Assembly (NCBI GenBank): GCA_964016885.1
Contig: OZ024741.1
Span: forward strand, 48,298,001-48,362,000
Direction of reading: 5' to 3'
From: Eledone cirrhosa
Taxonomy: Eukaryota
Length of the DNA: 64,000 nt
Numbering within the stretch: the first letter of the stretch is position 1; every line of letters begins with the position of its first letter. The notes under the pieces were generated by a model. The model saw nothing but the letters and a program-made list of their open reading frames with translations, did no database searches and was not told the DNA's origin. Of the stretch, positions 36,801 to 51,800 are shown one piece after another. Position numbers and translations under genes: made by a program.

Positions 36801-39800
36801 AATCTTCATATAAAACCACACTGTATGGCCTCTACCATCCTCAATCTTCATATAAACCCATACTATATTGCCCTCTAACATTCTCAATCTTCATATAAAC
36901 CCACACTGTATTGCTCTCTACCATTCTCAATCTTCATGTAAACCCACACTGTATTGCCCTCTACCATGCTCAATCTTCATATAAACCCACACTGTATTGC
37001 CCTCTACCATCCTCAATCTTCATGTAAACCCACACTGTATTGCCCTCCACCTTTCTCAATCTTCATATAAACCCACACTGTATTGCCCTCTACCATCCTC
37101 AATCTTCATGTAAACCCACACTGTATGCACTCTACCATTCTCAATCTTCATATAAACCCACACTGTATTGCCCTCTACCATCCTCAATCTTCATGTAAAC
37201 CCACACTGTATTGCCCTCTACCATTCTCAATCTTCATATAAACCCACACTGTATTGCCCTCTACCATCCTCAATCTTCATGTAAACCCACACTGTATTGC
37301 CCTCTACCATTCTCAATCTTCATATAAACCCACACTGTATTGCCCTCTACGTTTCTCAATCTTCATATAAACCCACACTGTATTGCCCTCTACCATCCTC
37401 AATCTTCATGTAAACCCACACTGTATTGCCCTCTACCATCCTCAATCTTCATGTAAACCCACACTGTATTGCCCTCTACCATCCTCAATCTTCATGTAAA
37501 CCCACACTGTATTGCCCTCTACCATTCTCAATCTTCATGTAAACCCACGCTGTATTGCCCTCTACCACTCTCAATCTTCATGTAAACCCACACTGTATGG
37601 CCTCTACCATCCTCAATCTTCATGTAAACCCACACTGTATTGCCCTCTACCATTCTCAATATTCATATAAACCCACACTGTATTGTCCTCTACCATCCTC
37701 AATCTTCATATAAAACCACACTCTATTGCCCTCTACCACCCTCAATCTTCATGTAAACCCACACTGGATTGCCCTCTACCATCCTCAATCTTCATGTAAA
37801 CGCACACTGTATGCCCTCTACCATCCTCATTCTTCATATAAACCCACACTGTATTGCCCTCTACCATCCTCAATCTTCATATAAACCCACACTGTATTGC
37901 CCTCTACCATCCTCAATCTTCATATAAACCCACACTGTATTGCCCTCTACCATCCTCAATCTTCATATAAACCCACACTTTATTGCCCTCTACCATTCTC
38001 AATCTTCATATAAACCCACAGTGTATTGCCCTCTACTATTCTCAATCTTCATATAAACCCACACTGTATTGCCTCTACCATCCTCAATCTTCATATAAAC
38101 CCACACTGTATTGCCCTCTACCATTCTCAATCTTCATGTAAACCGACACTGTATTGCCCTCTACCATTCTCAATCTTCATATAAACCCACAGTGTATTGC
38201 CCTCTACCATTCTCAATCTTCATATAAACCCACACTGTATTGCCTCTACCATCCTCAATCTTCATATAAACCCAAACTGTATTGCCCTCTACCATTCTCA
38301 ATTTTCATGTAAACCCACACTGTATTGCCTCTACCATCCTCATATAAAACCACACTGTATTGCCCTCTACCACCCTCAATCTTCATGTAAACCCACACTG
38401 GATTGCCCTCTACCATCCTCAATCTTCATGTAAACCCACACTGGATTGCCCTCTACCATCCTCAATCTTCATGTAAACCCACACTGTATTGCCCTCTACC
38501 ATTCTTAATCTTCATGTAAACCCACACTGTATTGCCCTCTAACATTCTCAATCTTCATATAAACCCACACTGTATTGCCCTCTACCATTCTCAATCTTCA
38601 TATAAACCCACACTGTATTGCCCTCTACCATTCTCAATCTTCATATAAACCCACACTGTATTGCCCTCTAACATTCTCAATCTTCATATAAACCCACACT
38701 GTATTGCCCTCTAACATTCTCAATCTTCATATAACCCCACACTGTATTGCCCTCTAACATTCTCAATCTTCATATAAACCCACACTGTATTGCCCTCTAC
38801 CGTCCTCAATGTTCATATAAACCCACACTGTATTGCCCTCTACCATTCTCAATTTTCATATAAACCCACACTGTATTGCCCTCATCCATTCTCAATCTTC
38901 ATATAAACCCACACTGTATTGCCCTCTAACATTCTCAATCTTCATATAAACCCACACTGTATTGCCCTCTACCATTCTCAATCTTCATATAAACCCACAC
39001 TGTATTGCCCTCATCCATTCTCAATCTTCATATAAACCCACACTGTATTGCCCTCTAACATTCTCAATCTTCATGTAAACCCACACTGTATTGCCCTCTA
39101 ACATTCTCAATCTTCATATAAACCCACACTGTATTGCCCTCTACCGTCCTCAATGTTCATATAAACCCACACTGTATTGCCCTCTACCATTCTCAATCTT
39201 CATATAAACCCACACTGTATTGCCCTCATCCATTCTCAATCTTCATATAAACCCACACTGTATTGCCCTCTAACATTCTCAATCTTCATATAAACCCACA
39301 CTGTATTGCCCTCTACCGTCCTCAATCTTCATATAAACCCACACTGTATTGCCCTCTAACATTCTCAATCTTCATATAAACCCACACTGTATTGCCCTCT
39401 AACATTCTCAATCTTCATGTAAACCCACACTGTATTGCCCTCTACCATACTCAATTTTCATATAAACCCACACTGTATTGCTCTCTACCATCCTCAATCT
39501 TCATATAAACCCACTCTGTATTGCCCTCTACCATTCTCAATCTTCATATAAACCCACACTGTATTGTCCTCTACCATCCTCAATCTTCATATAAACCCAC
39601 GCTGTATTCCCCTCTACCATTCTCAATCTTCATGTAAACCCACACTGTATGGCCTCTAACATCCTCAATCTTCATATAAACCCACACTGTATTGCCCTCT
39701 AACATCCTCAATCTTCATGTAAACCCACACTGTATTGCCCCTTACCATCCTCAATCTTCATATAAACCCACACTGTATTGCCCTCTACCATCCTCAATAT

Positions 39801-42800
39801 TCATATAAACCCACACTGTATTGCCCTCTACCATCCTCAATCTTCATATAAACCCAAACTGTATTGCCCTCTACCACCCTCAATCTTCATGTAAACCCAC
39901 ACTGGATTGCCCTCTACCATCCTCAATCTTCATGTAAACCCACACTGTATTGCCCTCTACCATCCTCAATCTTCATATAAAACCACACTGTGTTGCCCTC
40001 TACCACCCTCAATCTTCATGTAAACCCACACTGGATTGCCCTCTACCATCCTCAATCTTCATGTAAACGCACACTGTATGCCCTCTACTATTCTCAATCT
40101 TCATATAAACCCACACTGTATTGCCCTCTACCATCCTCAATCTTCATATAAACCCACACTGTATTGCCCTCTACCATCCTCAATCTTCATATAAACCCAC
40201 ACTGTATTGCCCTCTACCATCCTCAATCTTCATATAAACCCACACTGTATTGCCCTCTACCATCCTCAATCTTCATATAAACCCACACTGTATTGCCCTC
40301 TACCATCCTCAATCTTCATATAAACCCACACTGTATTGCCCTCTACCATCCTCAATCTTCATATAAACCCACACTTTATTGCCCTCTACCATTCTCAATA
40401 TTCATATAAACCCACAGTGTATTGCCCTCTACCATTCTCAATCTTCATATAAACCCACACTGTATTGCCTCTACCATCCTCAATCTTCATATAAACCCAC
40501 ACTGTATTGCCCTCTACCATTCTCAATCTTCATGTAAACCGACACTGTATTGCCCTCTACCATTCTCAATCTTCATATAAACCCACAGTGTATTGCCCTC
40601 TACCATTCTCAATCTTCATATAAACCCACACTGTATTGCCTCTACCATCCTCAATCTTCATATAAACCCACACTGTATTGCCCTCTACCACCCTCAATCT
40701 TCATGTAAACCCACACTGGATTGCCCTCTACCATCCTCAATCTTCATGTAAACGCACACTGTATGCCCTCTACTATTCTCAATCTTCATATAAACCCACA
40801 CTGTATTGCCCTCTACCATTCTCAATCTTCATATAAACCCACACTTTATTGCCCTCTACTATTCTCAATCTTCATATAAACCCACACTGTATTGCCCTCT
40901 ACCATCCTCAATCTTCATATAAACCCACACTTTATTGCCCTCTACCGTCCTCAATCTTCATGTAAACCCACACCGTATTGCCCTCTACCATTCTCAATCT
41001 TCATGTAAACCCACACTGTATTGCCCTCTACCATCCTCAATCTTCATATAAACCCACACTGTATTGCCCTCTACCATTCTTAATCTTCATGTAAACCGAC
41101 ACTGTATTGCCCTCTACCATTCTCAATCTTCATATAAACCCACAGTGTATTGCCCTCTACCATTCTCAATCTTCATATAAACCCACACTGTATTGCCTCT
41201 ACCATCCTCAATCTTCATATAAACCCACACTGTATTGCCCTCTACCACCCTCAATCTTCATGTAAACCCACACTGGATTGCCCTCCACCATCCTCAATCT
41301 TCATGTAAACGCACACTGTATGCCCTCTACTATTCTCAATCTTCATATAAACCCACACTGTATTGCCCTCTACCATTCTCAATCTTCATATAAACCCACA
41401 CTTTATTGCCCTCTACTATTCTCAATCTTCATATAAACCCACACTGTATTGCCCTCTACCATCCTCAATCTTCATATAAACCCACACTTTATTGCCCTCT
41501 ACCGTCCTCAATCTTCATATAAACCCACACTGTATTGCCCTCTACCATTCTCAATCTTCATGTAAACCCACACTGTATTGCTCTCTACCATCCTCAATCT
41601 TCATATAAACCCACACTGTATTGCCCTCTACCATTCTCAATCTTCATGTAAACCCACACTGTATTGCTCTCTACCATCCTCAATCTTCATATAAACCCAC
41701 ACTGTATTGCTCTCTACCATTCTCAATCTTCATGTAAACCCACACTGTATTGCTCTCTACCATCCTCAATCTTCATATAAACCCACACTGTATTGCCCTC
41801 TACCATGCTCAATCTTCATATAAACCCACTCTGTATTGCCCTCTACCATTCTCAATCTTCATATAAACCCACACTGTATTATCCTCTACCATCCTCAATC
41901 TTCACATAAACCCACACTGTATTGCCCTCTACCATGCTCAATCTTCATGTAAACCCACACTGTATTGCTCTCTACCATCCTCAATCTTCATATAAACCCA
42001 CTCTGTATTGCCCTCTACCATTCTCAATCTTCATATAAACCCAGACTGTATTGTCCTCTACCATTCTCAATCTTCATGTAAACCCACAGTGTATTGCCCT
42101 CTACCATTCTCAATCTTCATGTAAACCCACACTGTATTGCCCTTTACCATTCTCAATCTTCATGTAAACCCACACTGTATTGCCCTCTACCATTCTCAAT
42201 CTTCATGTAAAACCCATACTGTATTGCCCTCTACCATCCTCAATCTTCATGTAAACCCACAATGTATTGCCCTCTACCATCCTCAATCTTCATATAAACC
42301 CACACTGTATTGCCCATCACCATGGTCAATCTTCATATAAACCAACACTGTATTGCCCTCTACCATCCTCAATCTTCATGTAAACCAATACTGTATTGCC
42401 CTCTACCATCCTCAATCTTCATGTAAACCCACATTGTATTGCCCTCTACCATCCTCAATCTTCATGTAAACCCACACTGTATTGCCCTCTACCATCCCCA
42501 ATCTTCATATAAACCCACACTGTATTGCCCTCTACCATCCTCAATCTTCATGTAAACCCACACTCTATGGCCTCTACCATCCTCAATCGTCATGTAAACC
42601 CACACTGTATTGCCCTCTACCATTCTCAATCTTCATGTAAACCCACACTGTATTGCTCTCTACCATCCTCAATCTTCATATAAACCCACACTGTATTGCC
42701 CTCTACCATTCTCAATCTTCATGTAAACCCACACTGTATGCACTCTACCATTCTCAATCTTCATATAAACCCACACTGTATTGCCCTCTACCATCCTCAA

Positions 42801-45800
42801 TCTTCATGTAAACCCACACTGTATTGCCCTCTACCATTCTCAATCTTCATATAAACCCACACTGTATTGCCCTCTACCATCCTCAATCTTCATGTAAACC
42901 CACACTGTATTGCCCTCTACCATTCTCAATCTTCATATAAACCCACACTGTATTGCCCTCTACGTTTCTCAATCTTCATATAAACCCACACTGTATTGCC
43001 CTCTACCATCCTCAATCTTCATGTAAACCCACACTGTATTGCCCTCTACCATCCTCAATCTTCATGTAAACCCACACTGTATTGCCCTCTACCATCCTCA
43101 ATCTTCATGTAAACCCACACTGTATTGCCCTCTACCATTCTCAATCTTCATGTAAACCCACGCTGTATTGCCCTCTACCACTCTCAATCTTCATGTAAAC
43201 CCACACTGTATGGCCTCTACCATCCTCAATCTTCATGTAAACCCACACTGTATTGCCCTCTACCATTCTCAATATTCATATAAACCCACACTGTATTGTC
43301 CTCTACCATCCTCAATCTTCATATAAAACCACACTCTATTGCCCTCTACCACCCTCAATCTTCATGTAAACCCACACTGGATTGCCCTCTACCATCCTCA
43401 ATCTTCATGTAAACGCACACTGTATGCCCTCTACCATCCTCATTCTTCATATAAACCCACACTGTATTGCCCTCTACCATCCTCAATCTTCATATAAACC
43501 CACACTGTATTGCCCTCTACCATCCTCAATCTTCATATAAACCCACACTGTATTGCCCTCTACCATCCTCAATCTTCATATAAACCCACACTTTATTGCC
43601 CTCTACCATTCTCAATCTTCATATAAACCCACAGTGTATTGCCCTCTACTATTCTCAATCTTCATATAAACCCACACTGTATTGCCTCTACCATCCTCAA
43701 TCTTCATATAAACCCACACTGTATTGCCCTCTACCATTCTCAATCTTCATGTAAACCGACACTGTATTGCCCTCTACCATTCTCAATCTTCATATAAACC
43801 CACAGTGTATTGCCCTCTACCATTCTCAATCTTCATATAAACCCACACTGTATTGCCTCTACCATCCTCAATCTTCATATAAACCCAAACTGTATTGCCC
43901 TCTACCATTCTCAATTTTCATGTAAACCCACACTGTATTGCCCTCTACCATCCTCATATAAAACCACACTGTATTGCCCTCTACCACCCTCAATCTTCAT
44001 GTAAACCCACACTGGATTGCCCTCTACCATCCTCAATCTTCATGTAAACCCACACTGGATTGCCCTCTACCATCCTCAATCTTCATGTAAACCCACACTG
44101 TATTGCCCTCTACCATTCTTAATCTTCATGTAAACCCACACTGTATTGCCCTCTAACATTCTCAATCTTCATATAAACCCACACTGTATTGCCCTCTACC
44201 ATTCTCAATCTTCATATAAACCCACACTGTATTGCCCTCTACCATTCTCAATCTTCATATAAACCCACACTGTATTGCCCTCTAACATTCTCAATCTTCA
44301 TATAAACCCACACTGTATTGCCCTCTAACATTCTCAATCTTCATATAACCCCACACTGTATTGCCCTCTAACATTCTCAATCTTCATATAAACCCACACT
44401 GTATTGCCCTCTACCGTCCTCAATGTTCATATAAACCCACACTGTATTGCCCTCTACCATTCTCAATTTTCATATAAACCCACACTGTATTGCCCTCATC
44501 CATTCTCAATCTTCATATAAACCCACACTGTATTGCCCTCTAACATTCTCAATCTTCATATAAACCCACACTGTATTGCCCTCTACCATTCTCAATCTTC
44601 ATATAAACCCACACTGTATTGCCCTCATCCATTCTCAATCTTCATATAAACCCACACTGTATTGCCCTCTAACATTCTCAATCTTCATGTAAACCCACAC
44701 TGTATTGCCCTCTAACATTCTCAATCTTCATATAAACCCACACTGTATTGCCCTCTACCGTCCTCAATGTTCATATAAACCCACACTGTATTGCCCTCTA
44801 CCATTCTCAATCTTCATATAAACCCACACTGTATTGCCCTCATCCATTCTCAATCTTCATATAAACCCACACTGTATTGCCCTCTAACATTCTCAATCTT
44901 CATATAAACCCACACTGTATTGCCCTCTACCGTCCTCAATCTTCATATAAACCCACACTGTATTGCCCTCTAACATTCTCAATCTTCATATAAACCCACA
45001 CTGTATTGCCCTCTAACATTCTCAATCTTCATGTAAACCCACACTGTATTGCCCTCTACCATACTCAATTTTCATATAAACCCACACTGTATTGCCCTCT
45101 AACATTCTCAATCTTCATATAAACCCACACTGTATTGCTCTCTACCATCCTCAATCTTCATATAAACCCACTCTGTATTGCCCTCATCCATTCTCAATCT
45201 TCATATAAACCCACACTGTATTGCCCTCTAACATTCTCAATCTTCATGTAAACCCACACTGTATTGCCCTCTAACATTCTCAATCTTCATATAAACCCAC
45301 ACTGTATTGCCCTCTACCGTCCTCAATGTTCATATAAACCCACACTGTATTGCCCTCTACCATTCTCAATCTTCATATAAACCCACACTGTATTGCCCTC
45401 ATCCATTCTCAATCTTCATATAAACCCACACTGTATTGCCCTCTAACATTCTCAATCTTCATATAAACCCACACTGTATTGCCCTCTACCGTCCTCAATC
45501 TTCATATAAACCCACACTGTATTGCCCTCTAACATTCTCAATCTTCATATAAACCCACACTGTATTGCCCTCTAACATTCTCAATCTTCATGTAAACCCA
45601 CACTGTATTGCCCTCTACCATACTCAATTTTCATATAAACCCACACTGTATTGCCCTCTAACATTCTCAATCTTCATATAAACCCACACTGTATTGCTCT
45701 CTACCATCCTCAATCTTCATATAAACCCACTCTGTATTGCCCTCTACCATTCTCAATCTTCATATAAACCCACACTGTATTGTCCTCTACCATCCTCAAT

Positions 45801-48800
45801 CTTCATATAAACCCACGCTGTATTCCCCTCTACCATTCTCAATCTTCATGTAAACCCACACTGTATGGCCTCTAACATCCTCAATCTTCATATAAACCCA
45901 CACTGTATTGCCCTCTAACATCCTCAATCTTCATGTAAACCCACACTGTATTGCCCCTTACCATTCTCAATCTTCATATAAACCCACACTGTATTGCCCT
46001 CTACCATTCTCAATATTCATATAAACCCACACTGTATTGCCCTCTACCATCCTCAATCTTCATATAAACCCACACTGTATTGCCCTCTACCACCCTCAAT
46101 CTTCATGTAAACCCACACTGGATTGCCCTCTACCATCCTCAATCTTCATGTAAACGCACACTGTATGCCCTCTACTATTCTCAATCTTCATGTAAACCCA
46201 CACTGTATTGCCCTCTAACATCCTCAATCTTCATGTAAACCCACACTGTATTGCCCCTTACCATCCTCAATCTTCATATAAACCCACACTGTATTGCCCT
46301 CTACCATCCTCAATATTCATATAAACCCACACTGTATTGCCCTCTACCATCCTCAATCTTCATATAAACCCAAACTGTATTGCCCTCTACCACCCTCAAT
46401 CTTCATGTAAACCCACACTGGATTGCCCTCTACCATCCTCAATCTTCATGTAAACCCACACTGTATTGCCCTCTACCATCCTCAATCTTCATATAAAACC
46501 ACACTGTGTTGCCCTCTACCACCCTCAATCTTCATGTAAACCCACACTGGATTGCCCTCTACCATCCTCAATCTTCATGTAAACGCACACTGTATGCCCT
46601 CTACTATTCTCAATCTTCATATAAACCCACACTGTATTGCCCTCTACCATCCTCAATCTTCATATAAACCCACACTGTATTGCCCTCTACCATCCTCAAT
46701 CTTCATATAAACCCACACTGTATTGCCCTCTACCATCCTCAATCTTCATATAAACCCACACTGTATTGCCCTCTACCATCCTCAATCTTCATATAAACCC
46801 ACACTGTATTGCCCTCTACCATCCTCAATCTTCATATAAACCCACACTGTATTGCCCTCTACCATCCTCAATCTTCATATAAACCCACACTTTATTGCCC
46901 TCTACCATTCTCAATATTCATATAAACCCACAGTGTATTGCCCTCTACCATTCTCAATCTTCATATAAACCCACACTGTATTGCCTCTACCATCCTCAAT
47001 CTTCATATAAACCCACACTGTATTGCCCTCTACCATTCTCAATCTTCATGTAAACCGACACTGTATTGCCCTCTACCATTCTCAATCTTCATATAAACCC
47101 ACAGTGTATTGCCCTCTACCATTCTCAATCTTCATATAAACCCACACTGTATTGCCTCTACCATCCTCAATCTTCATATAAACCCACACTGTATTGCCCT
47201 CTACCACCCTCAATCTTCATGTAAACCCACACTGGATTGCCCTCTACCATCCTCAATCTTCATGTAAACGCACACTGTATGCCCTCTACTATTCTCAATC
47301 TTCATATAAACCCACACTGTATTGCCCTCTACCATTCTCAATCTTCATATAAACCCACACTTTATTGCCCTCTACTATTCTCAATCTTCATATAAACCCA
47401 CACTGTATTGCCCTCTACCATCCTCAATCTTCATATAAACCCACACTTTATTGCCCTCTACCGTCCTCAATCTTCATGTAAACCCACACCGTATTGCCCT
47501 CTACCATTCTCAATCTTCATGTAAACCCACACTGTATTGCCCTCTACCATCCTCAATCTTCATATAAACCCACACTGTATTGCCCTCTACCATTCTTAAT
47601 CTTCATGTAAACCGACACTGTATTGCCCTCTACCATTCTCAATCTTCATATAAACCCACAGTGTATTGCCCTCTACCATTCTCAATCTTCATATAAACCC
47701 ACACTGTATTGCCTCTACCATCCTCAATCTTCATATAAACCCACACTGTATTGCCCTCTACCACCCTCAATCTTCATGTAAACCCACACTGGATTGCCCT
47801 CCACCATCCTCAATCTTCATGTAAACGCACACTGTATGCCCTCTACTATTCTCAATCTTCATATAAACCCACACTGTATTGCCCTCTACCATTCTCAATC
47901 TTCATATAAACCCACACTTTATTGCCCTCTACTATTCTCAATCTTCATATAAACCCACACTGTATTGCCCTCTACCATCCTCAATCTTCATATAAACCCA
48001 CACTTTATTGCCCTCTACCGTCCTCAATCTTCATATAAACCCACACTGTATTGCCCTCTACCATTCTCAATCTTCATGTAAACCCACACTGTATTGCTCT
48101 CTACCATCCTCAATCTTCATATAAACCCACACTGTATTGCCCTCTACCATTCTCAATCTTCATGTAAACCCACACTGTATTGCTCTCTACCATCCTCAAT
48201 CTTCATATAAACCCACACTGTATTGCTCTCTACCATTCTCAATCTTCATGTAAACCCACACTGTATTGCTCTCTACCATCCTCAATCTTCATATAAACCC
48301 ACACTGTATTGCCCTCTACCATGCTCAATCTTCATATAAACCCACTCTGTATTGCCCTCTACCATTCTCAATCTTCATATAAACCCACACTGTATTATCC
48401 TCTACCATCCTCAATCTTCACATAAACCCACACTGTATTGCCCTCTACCATGCTCAATCTTCATGTAAACCCACACTGTATTGCTCTCTACCATCCTCAA
48501 TCTTCATATAAACCCACTCTGTATTGCCCTCTACCATTCTCAATCTTCATATAAACCCAGACTGTATTGTCCTCTACCATTCTCAATCTTCATGTAAACC
48601 CACAGTGTATTGCCCTCTACCATTCTCAATCTTCATGTAAACCCACACTGTATTGCCCTTTACCATTCTCAATCTTCATGTAAACCCACACTGTATTGCC
48701 CTCTACCATTCTCAATCTTCATGTAAAACCCATACTGTATTGCCCTCTACCATCCTCAATCTTCATGTAAACCCACAATGTATTGCCCTCTACCATCCTC

Positions 48801-51800
48801 AATCTTCATATAAACCCACACTGTATTGCCCATCACCATGGTCAATCTTCATATAAACCAACACTGTATTGCCCTCTACCATCCTCAATCTTCATGTAAA
48901 CCAATACTGTATTGCCCTCTACCATCCTCAATCTTCATGTAAACCCACATTGTATTGCCCTCTACCATCCTCAATCTTCATGTAAACCCACACTGTATTG
49001 CCCTCTACCATCCCCAATCTTCATATAAACCCACACTGTATTGCCCTCTACCATCCTCAATCTTCATGTAAACCCACACTCTATGGCCTCTACCATCCTC
49101 AATCGTCATGTAAACCCACACTGTATTGCCCTCTACCATTCTCAATATTCATATAAACCCACACTGTATTGCCCTCTACCATCCTCAATCTTCATATAAA
49201 ACCACACTGTATGGCCTCTACCATCCTCAATCTTCATATAAACCCATACTATATTGCCCTCTAACATTCTCAATCTTCATATAAACCCACACTGTATTTC
49301 TCTCTACCATTCTCAATCTTCATGTAAACCCACACTGTATTGCCCTCTACCATGCTCAATCTTCAAATAAACCCACACTGTATTGCCCTCTACCATCCTC
49401 AATCTTCATGTAAACCCACACTGTATTGCCCTCCACCTTTCTCAATCTTCATATAAACCCACACTGTATTGCCCTCTACCATCCTCAATCTTCATGTAAA
49501 CCCACACTGTATGCACTCTACCATTCTCAATCTTCATATAAACCCACACTGTATTGCCCTCTACCATCCTCAATCTTCATGTAAACCCACACTGTATTGC
49601 CCTCTACCATTCTCAATCTTCATATAAACCCACACTGTATTGCCCTCTACCATCCTCAATCTTCATGTAAACCCACACTGTATTGCCCTCTACCATTCTC
49701 AATCTTCATATAAACCCACACTGTATTGCCCTCTACGTTTCTCAATCTTCATATAAACCCACACTGTATTGCCCTCTACCATCCTCAATCTTCATGTAAA
49801 CCCACACTGTATTGCCCTCTACCATCCTCAATCTTCATGTAAACCCACACTGTATTGCCCTCTACCATCCTCAATCTTCATGTAAACCCACACTGTATTG
49901 CCCTCTACCATTCTCAATCTTCATGTAAACCCACGCTGTATTGCCCTCTACCACTCTCAATCTTCATGTAAACCCACACTGTATGGCCTCTACCATCCTC
50001 AATCTTCATGTAAACCCACACTGTATTGCCCTCTACCATTCTCAATATTCATATAAACCCACACTGTATTGTCCTCTACCATCCTCAATCTTCATATAAA
50101 ACCACACTCTATTGCCCTCTACCACCCTCAATCTTCATGTAAACCCACACTGGATTGCCCTCTACCATCCTCAATCTTCATGTAAACGCACACTGTATGC
50201 CCTCTACCATCCTCATTCTTCATATAAACCCACACTGTATTGCCCTCTACCATCCTCAATCTTCATATAAACCCACACTGTATTGCCCTCTACCATCCTC
50301 AATCTTCATATAAACCCACACTGTATTGCCCTCTACCATCCTCAATCTTCATATAAACCCACACTTTATTGCCCTCTACCATTCTCAATCTTCATATAAA
50401 CCCACAGTGTATTGCCCTCTACTATTCTCAATCTTCATATAAACCCACACTGTATTGCCTCTACCATCCTCAATCTTCATATAAACCCACACTGTATTGC
50501 CCTCTACCATTCTCAATCTTCATGTAAACCGACACTGTATTGCCCTCTACCATTCTCAATCTTCATATAAACCCACAGTGTATTGCCCTCTACCATTCTC
50601 AATCTTCATATAAACCCACACTGTATTGCCTCTACCATCCTCAATCTTCATATAAACCCAAACTGTATTGCCCTCTACCATTCTCAATTTTCATGTAAAC
50701 CCACACTGTATTGCCCTCTACCATCCTCATATAAAACCACACTGTATTGCCCTCTACCACCCTCAATCTTCATGTAAACCCACACTGGATTGCCCTCTAC
50801 CATCCTCAATCTTCATGTAAACCCACACTGGATTGCCCTCTACCATCCTCAATCTTCATGTAAACCCACACTGTATTGCCCTCTACCATCCTCAATCTTC
50901 ATATAAACCCACACTGTATTGCCCTCTACCATCCTCAATCTTCATGTAAACCCACACTGTATGCACTCTACCATTCTCAATCTTCATATAAACCCACACT
51001 GTATTGCCCTCTACCACCCTCAATCTTCATGTAAACCCACACTGGATTGCCCTCTACCATCCTCAATCTTCATGTAAACCCACACTGTATTGCCCTCTAC
51101 CATCCTCAATCTTCATATAAACCCACACTGTATTGCCCTCTACCATTCTTAATCTTCATGTAAACCCACACTGTATTGCCCTCTAACATTCTCAATCTTC
51201 ATATAAACCCACACTGTATTGCCCTCTACCATTCTCAATCTTCATATAAACCCACACTGTATTGCCCTCTACCATTCTCAATCTTCATATAAACCCACAC
51301 TGTATTGCCCTCTACCACCCTCAATCTTCATGTAAACCCACACTGTATTGCCCTCTAACATTCTCAATCTTCATATAAACCCACACTGTATTGCCCTCTA
51401 CCATTCTCAATCTTCATATAAACCCACACTGTATTGCCCTCTACCATTCTCAATCTTCATGTAAACCCACACTGTATTGCCCTCTACCACCCTCAATCTT
51501 CATGTAAACCCACACTGTATTGCCCTCTACCATTCTCAATCTTCATGTAAACCCACACTGTATTGCCCTCTACCATTCTCAATCTTCATGTAAACCCACA
51601 CTGTATTGCCCTCTACCATCCTCAATCTTCATATAAACCCACACTGTATTGCCCTCTACCATCCTCAATCTTCATGTAAACCGACACTGTATTGCCCTCT
51701 ACCATCCTCAATCTTCATATAAACCCACACTTTATTGCCCTCTACCATCCTCAATCTTCATATAAACCCACACTGTATTGCCCTCTACCATTCTCAATCT

